64,000 bases of DNA from positions 2,542,911 to 2,606,910 of the forward strand of contig MU058531.1 of NCBI GenBank assembly GCA_013265495.1, written 5' to 3'. This document shows, piece after piece, positions 51,746 to 64,000 of the stretch; position 1 is the first letter of the stretch, and every line of letters begins with the position of its first letter. The translations under genes were made by a program, and so were the position numbers. The notes beneath the pieces were generated by a model. That model ran no database searches. It was given only the letters and a program-made list of their open reading frames with translations, and was not told the DNA's origin. The DNA is from Vicugna vicugna (Eukaryota).

Positions 51746-54700
51746 TGATTGCTGTTACTTAATTACTGATGCCGTGGTTCACTGTATTTCACTGTGGCTT
51801 CCTCATGGGAACTCAGAAGTTTCTGTTTTCAGTATTAGAATAGTTGAATTTATCCAGAGAAACTGGTTTGTTCTTATCTCAGAAATATCAGGAGTTATCT
51901 AACTAATTGTATTTTCTTCGTTATTATGGAGCTAGAATACTCAGCTATATAGAAAACCGTCACATGCATTTCATATAATAACCTTATCTTCTCTCTTACC
52001 TTCACTTTCTCTTGGCCCTGACTTTTCTCAGTTATTAAATTGTATTTATCTTGCATATATTTTTGTAAGTAGCCTTAAAACACCTTTGGAACAAGACAGT
52101 GTATAAATAAATTATTTGTTAGTGGAACCCTAAAGCTGTTTGTAGTAAAAGGCATTACATATGTATGGATTTTCATTTATTGCTTCATTTAGTAATTCAT
52201 TTATTCATCAAATATTTATTGAGTGCCTTCTGTGGTCAGCTACTGGGGAAACAGAATTGAACAGTAGACAATTTGAGAGATGAGTTAGTTGGTATCAAAG
52301 AAGATAAAGTTGAAGATAAAGACCATTAGATTCAGAAAGATATCTTGGCTACAAGGATGGAAATTAAGCGGTGTAAAAAGAAAGCCACTGAAAAATCCAA
52401 ATGGTGTATTGAGGAGGACACTGTTGTGTAGGAAATCAGGAAAAAGGATGGATTCCTGCTTCTCTTAATAGCTACTGTGGGATGTTGGGAAACTGTTTCC
52501 TGAACTATTTCAACTATATATTTTAATGATTTAATGAAATCTGTGAGGAAAGGTGGTGTATAGTTTGCTTCTGGGAGAGAACTTTTTCATGGCATGCTTA
52601 ATTTGTTGGGAAAATTAGTGAATTGTGTGAAGCTTGCATTGCAGGTGTCATTAGTTGATTGAGTAAGCACTTACCATCTCTTTGTACATACCCTATTTCA
52701 TCAGGGTGATGGCAAGGCTGGTGTGCCAAATCTATGTCATGGTCAACTATGAGGAGCATAGTTCCTTCCAGCAACATTGCATAATAAGGGAAGTACCCCG
52801 GGAACCCACCTCCTGATCTCATTATCCTCCATACTAATTTCTTCTACTCTTTTATACATTGTCTGACAGTCTCTCTCTAACCTATCCCCAAATGGTTATA
52901 AAATTTAGGAAAAGATACACTTCACCGTAGAAAGATACTAGAACCCTGATAAATATATACTTGTATTTAACTCAAACTGAACAACTTTGGGTTCTAACTA
53001 AAGGGACATAAACAAGCCATAGAAGTTATGAAGGAATTGTTAGGCCATAATTCTTGCCTTGGAGACTGGGCGTCTGCCAAAACTTGACTTTGAAATCTCT
53101 GTCTTCTATTACTAATCTTAAGGCATCATAACATACAATTCTTTTGCCACTAGTCCAGTTTATTCTTTTATGATGAGGAAGAAGGCACTTTTAAATAACA
53201 ATTATTTCCACTATAATTAAACAAATCTTCTTTTGTTTGCATTGTATTTGTTACTATATTGCATACACACTCTGCTTGCTTAAACTTGCCCCTGTGACTA
53301 CTTCACAGGAACTTTCTTTAGAAGTTTTAAAGTCTTTGACTTCTTAAAGTATTAATGGGATTTGCCAAAGTTGTAGTATCCAAATGCTTGACTAGATACA
53401 GTAGCAGGACAACAAGCTTGTTCACACAGCTCCTCCAGCAAGCATTTTTTCCTTAGACAATCCTAAATTCATTTGAAGTGCCAAAGAATTAAAGGAAGAT
53501 GTTTTGAGGTTTATTCCTGAATATAACAAGATCAGACATCTCACAAAGTTTACCTTTAAGGTCCAGATATTAGGAAAGTATGCTGCCCTTTGGGAGAGCT
53601 TAGATTATAAAGGATTAGGCTGTACGTAAATGACTTTTGCCTTTTTGTCCTTTTGTGTTCCAGTGTCATAATTTTGGTGCCTTACAGCTTATGTGCTTAA
53701 CTAAGTATGTAATTTATGCTCATACCTTCAGTTATTGATATAAATTTTGAACTAATAGATTTTTGTGATTATTTTAAGGGTAAAGGTTAGAGCTGTTTAG
53801 TAGTTTGGAAAATTGTCTTCTAAACAATTTATTGAAAACCAGGAGAAAAAGTCATACAGACACCATAGTAATTACAAAAATGGTACATGCTCACAGTTGT
53901 TTTTTTAAAGTAACTACAGACTCACAAGAAGTTACAAATACGATTGAGAGAAGTCCTAGGTACACTTTACCCAGCGGTAATTTTTTGTATAGTTATCTAC
54001 AGTTATTACAAACAGTAAATTAACATTGCATGAACCCTCTTTAAAACACAAAAAGTCAAACATGTAGAAGTATATAAAAATAAAGCTCTCATTTTTTCCT
54101 CTTCTTCAGTCTGTCAGAATAATCAGTGTGTTTCCCTGTAGACCTTTTAAAATATACATTTAAACACACACACATGCACCCACTCATATGCACCCATGTA
54201 GAGTTCTTTGCTTTGGGGGGGAAATGGATCATACATACTATAATTTACATTTTTCATGCAGTAGTACATGATCTGATATTGGTAATTATGGATCAGCTTT
54301 ATTCTTTTTCATTTTTTCATAATGTTCTATAGTATGAATATACCATAATTTATTAAAGTCCTCTTTTGTTGGACATAATGTAGTCTCCAGTTTTTCTACA
54401 TATAAATAATGCTGCAGTTAATATTTCTAGGATGTATATTGAGCAGTAGTGAAAGTATTTCCACAGGCCTTTAGAAGTGAAATTACTGGATACTGCCAAA
54501 ATAATGCTCAAAAGATTATACCAATCAGAATTATTTTTAAGAGAAATATTTAAGTTAGCAATTTGACAACAAACAAAATTAACAGATTTAGGGGGAAAAT
54601 TATTTAATTGTGCATTTGAGGCAAATATGAAATACTCCTTATTTGTAAGTATTATACTATGATTAATTTTCAGGTAAATTTTCAGTGTGTTACACAAGGA

Positions 54701-55322
54701 GTGAATCTTTGTTTCCGTAGAATGGGAATTATAAGCCAGTGCATAATGTAAAGAGAGGTAGTCCCAAATTTAAATGTTTTTAATCATTAATACTCTTGCT
54801 GTTTTGTGTTTTTTTTTTTTTTTCACTGAAAGGGATAGGTTGGAATTTTTAGAATAGTCTACCATCAATAAAGGATAGTGATATTCTGGCTTTGATAAAT
54901 ATTATACATACATTAAACTAATTATTTGATATAAACTCAGTATTTGGCACTTTCCAAAAGGGAACTTTATCCTTCCTCTCAAAATTAATTCATATTTTTA
55001 CCAAAATTCCAATTATTCATTTATAAGAAATAATATTTTTCTCTAATAAGTTTTATTGAATAAAAATGTTTCTCTTTTTTATTACAGATTTCTTTGAGTT
55101 GGTAGGGTAATTTTTGAGAAGTTTAAATATTTAAATGCTTTGTCAGAAAAATAGCAATAATAGACTGTTTCACATACTAATGAGTATTATAACCAGAAAC
55201 ACTATATTCACTGTTACGTTCTTTTTGCTATATAAAACATAATTACCCTAAATTGCCCATACTATATTTGCTATATCCACTGTGAATCTTACAGCACTGT
55301 TCTGAAAAACTGTACCAAGCAT

Positions 55323-55518
55323 TCTTTTTTTAAATTGAAGTATATAGTTGATTTACAATGTTGTATTAGTTTCTTGTGTACAGCATAGTGATTCAGTCAC
55401 ATATATATTATATAAATGTATTCTTTTTCACTATAGGTTATTACAAGATATTGAATTCAGTTCCCTGGGCTATACAGTAGGACCTTGTTGTTTATCTATT
55501 TTATATATAATAGTATTT
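55323..55518 (-). mobile_element. Short L1 3'-UTR end, same family as 30926-31848
   Basis: Reverse complement of the 31640-31830 L1 tail (aattgaagtatatagttgatttacaatg...tacagtaggacc), with TSD gcattcttttt. Confidence 0.88.
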
Positions 55519-55610
55519 GCATTCTTTTTAAAAGCAGATAGGTTATACATACAAATAAAAGGAAATCTTGTGTAAATTAAGCAATCATTTTGTTTTCCAC
55601 TAATAGGCTG

Positions 55611-55938
55611 TTTTTTTAGAGCAATTTCAGGCTCACAGCAGAATTGAGCAGAAAATACAGAGTTCCCACATAGCCCTCCCCACCCACACATATATACTCC
55701 CCTACCCTCAACATCCCTCATCAGTGTGGCGTATTTGGTACAGTTGATGAATCAACATGGGCACATTATTACCAAAGTCCATAGTTTACATTAGGGTTCA
55801 CTCTTGATGTTGTACATTCTGTGGGTTTTGACAAATGCATAATGACATATAGCCACCACTATAGTATCATACAGAATAACTTCATTGCCCTAAAAATCCC
55901 TTGTGCTCCATCTGTTGTTCATTCCTCCCTCCCTCCCT
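55611..55938 (-). mobile_element. L1MC-like 3' end
   Basis: ttttagagcaatttcaggctcacagcagaattgagcagaaaatacagagttccc...aaagtccatagtttacattagggttcactcttg. Confidence 0.8.
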
Positions 55939-57039
55939 CTCGCCAAGCCATCTTAATTTATAAACTGAGGAAATTAGTTTCTAATCCTACTTACTTTACA
56001 CATAAATTTGAACAAGGCACTTAATCTCTCTGAAACTCAGTTTCTCCTTTTATAAAACATAGAAAAGTCTCTAAGTCACTGGAATGAAATGTTCAAGTGA
56101 AAAGTTGTACACAAATATGATTAATGATCTGAAGTAGAAATGAAAAGTTAACAGGTGATTAGTGAACTCTGTGTAAAGACTATCAGGAATCACTGCAGTT
56201 AATCTATGTATGGAGGAGCCCAGGGTCTGCACATATTTGCACATATTTGTACAAAACTTTTCCAGTGGTTTAAATTAGAAGCTTTTGTGTGTTAATCTGT
56301 CGCTTTTCCTTTGTGGCTATGTTTTGTCACAGAATGTTCTATGAAATATAATTTAGTTTAGTTCAACAAGCTTTTACTGAATACCCTAAGGGAGAAGTAA
56401 GAGATATTACACTTCCCATGAAGGACTCATAATTTGGCTAGAAAGTGGGAACAAACATACCCCCAAAAGGAGGTATATGTACATATTCCAAACTTTCAGA
56501 AGCTCTCAGCTGCCTGTAGAGCCCCCCATCCTCCAATTTAGATGACTGGTGGAACTCGACACTGCTAACATTCAGCTAGCACTTGGAAAGGATACATTCT
56601 ACTCATATATTTATAAAAACATATACTAAAATAAATTTAGATTAGTCTTTTAGTCAGTAGTGACTTCTTAAGAGCCAAGTGGATATATAGTCATGATGAA
56701 AGTTTTTACTAATATATATTGAAATGATGAGATTGCTGAAGGGATTATTTGACTTGAGAATTAATCATTTATAGTATTTTTGCCTGAACTTCCTTCTTAA
56801 GTGTACATTATAACGCTTAGTACTTAATGTTAAGTGACAGTTTAGTCCCTAGAGTGTTTTACAATTTATAGTTCTTTTTTCTTTGACTCTTTTGTGTTTT
56901 CTTAAATGTCAGATCATCTTCCAATTACCTTCAGTCTGTGATTCAATGATTTTCATGGTCATGAAATCCTAAAACTTGAGAATTAGAAGGGACTTCAGAA
57001 AATCTAACCAAACCTCCTGGAAGCTCTCACCTTAACCAT

Positions 57040-59045
57040 CTGCTGCTCCAGATCCCTTGAGATCACCCGCATTCAAACAGAGCCTCTCTGCCCTTTTGCA
57101 AACCTCATGGCAGCCTTCACCATTTCTTCCTGAGGCCTGGTCAGACATTGTCATTTCTGGCACTTCCCAGCCATGCATCCCACCTTCTAGAAGATTAAAT
57201 ATTTGATTACTGAATAAAGTTACATACTTTCTCCCTACTCTTTCCACCTGCTTTCTCCACTGCTTCCTACCTCCCAACCTTTTCCCCTCATTGTTTCATT
57301 TACTCTGTACCTTTTCACTTCTTCTAGCCCTCTTAGCCAACGTAAGTGACCCTACAACTTTTACTGTGGGGTAGACTGTTTTCTTTGCCTCCTTGTCATT
57401 GAGTTCTGAGTGTACTGCTCACCCTGCAGCCCTCTCTAGTGGTACCCATGCATTCTTTCACAGACTGCACAGTGTGAATGAGAGATTGTTCTTCTAGTCT
57501 CCCATTTCTACATATAGACCTGTTGTTTTTCCACTCTTGAGTGAAAGTTCCGGTCCCTTTAAACCTCCTTCATTGCTCTCTGTCACCATTAATCTCTAGT
57601 TGTTGCTTTTGCGGTCAATTTATCTATATTCACACTCATCCTCATTTCCCTCCCTTTGGACTCAGATGATGGGTTGCCATCTTATTCAAAGGTCTTTCAT
57701 CTTCCTATGCCCTTAACGCCATCTTTTCTATGGGACTTTGTTTCATGACTCATCTACCTTTCCTCTGCTTTATCCTTTTCCTAACTATCTTAGCCTAAAA
57801 ACATGTTCCATCTCTCCTATCTTAGAGAAGGAAAGAGAGAATGAGAGTGTCTTCTCTATTCTCATTCCAGCTATTTCCAATCTATTTTTTCTCTCTTTTG
57901 CATCCAGATTCCTTGAAAGAATGATTTAGAAGGAATTGTGTCCTTATTCCGTCATCTCTCGTTCATTCCTCAATCCACCATTACCTGCTTTGCTGCACTG
58001 CTAAAACAGTATTCACTTAGGTCACCAGGGAAGATCAGTAGACCTTTACAGCCCTTAACCAACTGGTTCTTCCTGCTGCGTTTGGTAATGTTGATCACAT
58101 CCTCTCTAAAATTCTTTCTTCTTCAAAGGCTGTACTCTCTTAACATTTTTTTTTCTGTCTCTTTTGTGGCTTTCTTTTCTTTTCGCTAAATTTGGTGTCC
58201 CTGAGGCTTCTGTTCTTAGGACACTGCTCTTTATACACCTTACCTGGGTGAACTCATCCATGTTCATCGTATCTCTGGCACAAATGCTGTATGCCTTAAA
58301 TACATATCCTGTTGCAGTTGCAGGGACTTTTCCTCCTAAATATTTCTCAAACCCATCCTTTTCATCTTAACTACCTGCCTGCTACCTATCCATCGTCTTA
58401 TCACTATCCCAGTTACTACTTATCTGTTCTGTTGTATTTCAAGGTTATCAAAACAATCTCCTAATTATTTTTTATGCCTTTCATTTTTACTCCTCAAATC
58501 CGTTCTTCATGAAGCTGCTGGAGTTACCTACCTAAGTGTAGAATCTGACTGTGTCAGCTCCCTCGTTTAAAGCCTTTCAGTGGCTACCCAGAGTTCCTAA
58601 ACAAGGCATGTATGGCTGTTTATGACCTGACCCCTGGCCTCTTCTCCAGCCTGTATTGTACTACCTACTCCCTTACTTATATTTCAGTTCAGCAGCACTA
58701 AAGTGCATGACACTCATAAGCACAACTGTTTCTTATCTTTTCACCTTTCTCATGTTGTTCCATCTGCTTGAAAAACTACCACCTTTCACTTGATTAACTC
58801 CTTTATTAGACTCAGTTTGGGTACCATCTAAGATACCTTCTTGGGTTTACTTCTCATCCCCCCAAACAAGATGGAAGGCTCTAATGATAATAACCTATAC
58901 ACAGCTCTATCAGTGTGATTAGCATGTTAATTCATAATTATGTTTGTATGAATCTCTTCCATTACACTTATGAACTCCTTGAATCCAAAGACTGGGTTAT
59001 CATTATCTTTTCATTGCTAATGTCAAAGAGAGTGCTTGTCAGTTG
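57040..59045 (+). mobile_element. Long degraded L2
   Basis: Pyrimidine-rich L2-like body (tttaaagcctttcagtggctaccca, tatgacctgacccctg) ending in an L2-like 3' region. Confidence 0.55.
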
Positions 59046-60973
59046 AAAACATAGTCCCTTCATTTTACAGAAGAGGAAGTTGAGACCCAGAGTTTGTAAC
59101 TCTCTTACATGATTAATTCAAAATGAAAGCTTGATTTAAAAAAAAAAACTGAGTAGGGAGGGAATTTAATAAGGTATAGACATAAATACTCTATTGGTGT
59201 CAAAAGAAACAGCACTTCTTATCCAAGTGAAATATAATCAGATAAACATCGTATTATAGGGTATTGATTATGTGAGACTTTGGAGGAGCTTGATTTTTCC
59301 CAACCAAATGGTACCGATTTCTAACATTCTAAAACACTGTAACCAAATGTCAGATGTTTTAAAATTATTCTGGGGAAAAAAAAGCCAACTCATTTTAAGT
59401 TGCAGTGTTTGTTGAATCTTTCCTTAAAATCGTGTACTCTCTTAATTAACCCAGATTCTTGTTAAGAATTAAATTCCTTTTAAAAAATATTAATTTATTT
59501 GCAACGTCTCTGTAAATACTTAAAGAATGCTTCCAACTTTCTTACCTGTTTGTTATCCCTTTTTCCCCTTCTTTGTCTTCCTAATTATCAACAAACTTTA
59601 CCTCCTCAACTGAGTTGAGGGCACTGGGCCAGGCGCCGTTTTATGTATTACAAAGAAGAGACGCTATGGCTTGAATTTTTTCTGATGGCCCTGTGTAAGA
59701 TGTTTATGCAGAGTGTCAATGGAAACAATTATCTTAACAGGATGACACAGCCTATTTTGCTTAGAAATGTCCTAATTTCCTGTTTAGGTTATCCAGAGGT
59801 CAGGTAGGGATTTCTTTTTGCAATCCCATAGTGCAGATTCACATCACGCAAGCGTTGTAGGACTTAGATCACAATCCGTTTAATTCCACTGGCTGCATTT
59901 ACCTTCCCAAGAAAGTAAGTCCTTCCCCTGCTGTTTTTATTTAGTTTTTCATTTTGTATTCTACTGCTATAACCTGTAGTAAAGGTAAGATGCCAGTAGC
60001 TATTTACCAGTAGTTGCTTCTTAACTGAGCTGCAAGTTAAAGTTTGTCTGTTGCCCATTTTGAAGTTCACGTCACAGTAGTGTCAGGGTTACTCCATCCC
60101 AGAAATCTGTAACTGAACACTCAGGCAAGCATCAGGTACCAGAGTAAAGCCATGACTACTTGCCCTGTATGTATTCCTACCTTCCTAAATCAGCTTCAGT
60201 GTAGTTTGATAACTGCTCCCCCGCCCCCCGCTTTTTTCATATTTAATTATGCCTTGAGGCTATGGAAAAGCGAAATTTATCTGTTAAAGCGGACACACTA
60301 AGCAGCAAGTGTTCTAACATGTTTATTGAGCAAATAATTATACCTGACAAAAAGTAATTACATATACAATCAGGTTTTTATAATTAGGGGTTAAGAAATT
60401 ATCTGACATAAGGGAAGTAAGGGCCTTTTTGATTTAGAAAAGTAAAAAATACATACCTTTTTTAGTTGTTTGAGTAAAGATTACAAAATCTAAAATTTGG
60501 AAAAAAAAAGTATGAGGACACAAGCCCCCTTAAATACAAATACTTCCCAAGGTAATGTAGTATTCTTTGTCTTTAACAGAGACCACAAAGATCCTTTTTT
60601 CCTTATTTCCATCATGCTAAGTATGGTAGTCTAGCTAACCCTGCGTTCTTTGGGAATCCAAGGCAAAATGGTAAATGGTCAGTATTTATATTCTAGGTCA
60701 TAAAACTGAGACCTTATCTCTAGAAAGCTGAACAAATGAGATATGCATCTGAAATTCATGTTCCCACTTCACCAAAAATTTCTTGCAAGCACTAGAACTG
60801 AGGTTTCTGCTTTTGTCACTGCCTGCTAGGGTATTACCATAAAAACCATCCCCCTTTTCCTCCTAAGGCCGGATTTAATGGTCATGGTACATCTCATTTA
60901 TTTCAAATGGTCTGAGTTCCATTTTTTTTTTCATTTGAAGCAATTGTCTTTTGTTTATTTTTTAATTAAGTGA

Positions 60974-61107
60974 TTTTTTAATTGAAGTACAGTTATTTAC
61001 AGTGTTGTGTTAATTTCTGGTGTACAGCATAGTGATTCAGTCATACATATATATTCTTTTGTATATTCTTTCTCATTGTAGGTTATTACAAAGTATTGAA
61101 CATAGTT
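60974..61107 (-). mobile_element. Short L1 3'-UTR end
   Basis: ttttttaattgaagtacagttatttacagtgttgtgttaatttctggtgtacagcatagtgattcag, similar to 55323-55518. Confidence 0.85.
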
Positions 61108-62139
61108 CTCTGTGTTATATCATAGGATGTAAGGAATAGAATGATAAGATGCCTTGAGGCCTGATGTATTCAGTGTTAATTTTAGTTTAGTTTTGTTTTT
61201 TTCAAAAGCCACAAGTCAGTGTTTATTACTAATGACAAATTATAAATAATAAATATTACTCGACTTGCCAAAATTTTAGAGTAAAACATATGGGACTAAT
61301 TTTATTCAATACTAAGTTAATCCAGCTATTAGAGTCTGCAGATTTTCATTTGCATTATTTTAAATCACAACCTTGGGGAGAAGAGAGGAGAGGAATATCC
61401 ACTTAGACTTTAAAAGGTGGCTATACCCTTCCCCCTTGTTCTTCTTAACGACTGCACTCTAAAGGAGCGCGTAGAGAAACCCCAGTCTAGTCTAGCGTCC
61501 CTCATTTGAGCAACTATTGTATCCTGGAGTAAAGACACATTTGTATACAATTTTTCTTCTTTGACTAATCCATATTGTTTTCCTTTGTTATTTGAGTTCT
61601 TCCAAAGTCAGTTCATACAAGCAGATCTTGTTTCTTCATGGATTCAGTGAAGCAAAATGACTCATCAGAGAGAATTGAAAGTCTGGTGAACACCTCTCAT
61701 CATGAGTTCCAAGGCTTAATTTCTTTAGTATTGGAAGTCTGAGCTTCATTGGTGAAAAATTCATTACATAACCACCCGTTATATAAATGTGGCAGATGAT
61801 GTAATGAATCTGGACAGAAAATTAAATGTATGACCTGGGAATGTTTATTTAACATGTTTAATGGGGGCATCAGTGGTAAGTTTACAAAAGGTAACCTCAG
61901 GAGCAGAACTTTGGTTATGAAATATTTTAGTACACTCTATAGTACAATTTAAATCAGTCCATAAATAGACTAGTCTGGCTTTCAGAATAATTATAAGACA
62001 TTACTAAAAATTCAGAGATACTTTGATCATAAATAGTTTACATGTAAAGTAAATGATAACATAGCTATCTGATTAGTATATATGATGTGAGTGCACTGTA
62101 GACATAAAATTCTGTGTCAAAAGGTAACATTTGCAGCTC

Positions 62140-63100
62140 ATCTCAACATACATTTACTTGGTTCTAACCATATACCAGGTATTGGACCAAATGTGAAGAT
62201 ATAGATATTAAGCAAAGCAAGTCACCAGCTTTGAGGCACTTACAAAGTACATTATTAGGAAGAAAGAAAAGGCACTTCAGTTCTTGGCATGTTGGAAAGA
62301 GACAGGGCTGAGGTAGCCATGAATCATCTGGACTACAAAAGGAATCATTGAAATTTGATTCTTTAGTGGGTGGACAGACATATTAACTATGATACCAACA
62401 TACTGTGAAAAATACTGCACTAGAGATTTGTGGAGGGTGCTATGAGGACATATGAAAGAGAAACAGCTAACCCAGCCAAGGTGGTCTGGGAGGCTTCCTG
62501 AGAGAGATGAATGCAGACTTAAATTTTATGGAATAAGTAAGAGTTACCTGAGTGACGAAGGAAGGGAAGGTGACTCAGAAGAGAAGAAAATGATAATGTC
62601 ATGGTTAGGGGAAGTCATCATGGCTTGTTAGAGAACTGAGTAGTTCCTCCTTTAGGAGCTTAAATTCCAAGGCAGGAAAGGAAGCCAAAAGGTGACCTTA
62701 ACATGACTTTGCATGTCATGTTAAAGAGCTTGAACTTTATCTTGTGGGAGCTGGGAAGCCATTGAAGATTTTAAGCAAGTGAATGGTGTGATCAGATTTG
62801 TATTTTAGCTGCATTTCTCTGGCAGCCCTGTGGAGATCTGGGGTATTAGAAGGGAGAGGCAGAGGGGATAGGCAAGACCAAAGGCCCCAGGGGGAGAGAG
62901 CATGCGATCTGATCTAGGACAGTAGCAGTAGTAGTAGCAGGGGGTGGAAAGTAGGTGGCCAGTGAATTCAGGAAGTATTCAGGAGGTTAAATTTGGCAAT
63001 AAGTTAGATACAGGAATTGTGAGAGAGAGGAGTCAAAACGGACTGAATCCGAATTTCTGGTTTGGGTAATTAGATAAGTGCTGTCACTCAATGTGTGACC
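62140..63100 (-). mobile_element. L2 fragment
   Basis: gggaggcttcctgagagagatg...gggaagccattgaagattttaagcaagtgaatggtgtgatcagatttgtatttta. Confidence 0.7.
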
Positions 63101-63482
63101 TGCCTTACAATATGAGGCAGTTGTACCAGGTACACTCATAACTGAGGAAAAACAAATCACATATATATGTAAAGGTATGATAAAACCCAAAATCACTCTC
63201 AGCTATTTGAGTTAAATCTACTTGAGCAAACTATCTGAAATGTTCCTTCCTGTTTGGATAATTGTAAGGGTTTTTGTTTTTCAGAAATAGAAGCTAAAAA
63301 AATTCTTGATAATAATTTACTGATATCTTCCTGCATTCATAACTTCCTGCATTCAAAAACTTTTAGGAAACTTTAGTTAAATATCTGTTTGTCATTTGGG
63401 CTTAAATACACAATGTAAATATTTTAAACCCAAATTGCCGAAAGAATTATTTAAAACTCAAGTATATAAGGTGCTAATATTA

Positions 63483-63910
63483 CAGAGGAAATAACGCATG
63501 TCCACACAAAAACTTGTTCATATCAGTATTATTCATAATAGCCCCCAAATGGGAAGAACCCAAATGTCCGCTAACTGTTGAATGGATAAGCAAATGTGAT
63601 ACATCCATACAATGGAATCTTACTTGGCAATAAAGAGAAATGAAGTACCAACACCTGCTACAACATGGGTGACCCTTGAAAACATGGTGCTAAGTGAAAG
63701 AAGCCAGACACAAAAGACCACATGTTATGTGACTCCCATTTGGAGAGTGACTGCTGAGGGGTATGGGGGATTCTTTGGGGTGATACAAATGTTCTCAAGT
63801 TGATTGAGATGGTTGCAGAACTCTGTGAATATACTCAAGACCATTGATTTGTATACATAAGTAAATGAATTGGACAGTATGTGAAATACATCTCAAAACA
63901 GTTTAAAAAT
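63483..63910 (+). mobile_element. L1MB-like 3' end
   Basis: tgtccacacaaaaacttg...aacccaaatgtcc...atccatacaatggaat...tgctaagtgaaagaagccagacacaaaagaccacat. Confidence 0.85.
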
Positions 63911-64000
63911 TTTAAGGTGATACAACAAGAAATAGAAGTTTAATTACATTAAAATTATGAAAGCAAAAATAGAGGAAAAAATGTGATAACTACCAAAATA

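Noticed and set aside
41476..64000. Next canonical EXOC6 exon, and retinoic-acid response elements for neighbouring CYP26 genes
   Set aside because: No matching coding exon was found by eye, so it probably lies beyond the window. Only isolated RGKTCA half-sites were seen, with no clear DR2 or DR5.

Overview
This is AT-rich, CpG-poor mammalian genomic DNA, most likely camelid, judging from ten copies of a tRNA-derived SINE resembling camelid Vic-1. The whole 64 kb lies inside one + strand gene, EXOC6 (Sec15-like exocyst subunit). Three constitutive coding exons splice in frame (5075-5254, 27003-27144, 41402-41475) and encode part of the Sec15 C-terminal domain. The rest is intron, filled with SINEs, L1, L2, MIR, a MaLR LTR, hAT elements and microsatellites. 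Nearly all ORFs in the supplied track are repeat remnants or chance. The most interesting signal is not in the ORF track: two candidate frame-preserving microexons in the same phase-0 intron, 30 nt at 16223-16252 (TNSSDHAAMS) and 15 nt at 25365-25379 (TNSSW). Both have microexon-like regulatory flanks, and both begin with the peptide TNSS. Weaker leads are inverted SINE and L1 pairs, candidate poison or alternative last exons, and intronic motif clusters that may be enhancers. No prokaryotic-type system, CRISPR array or genuine RNA gene is supported. All family assignments are by eye, without database searches.
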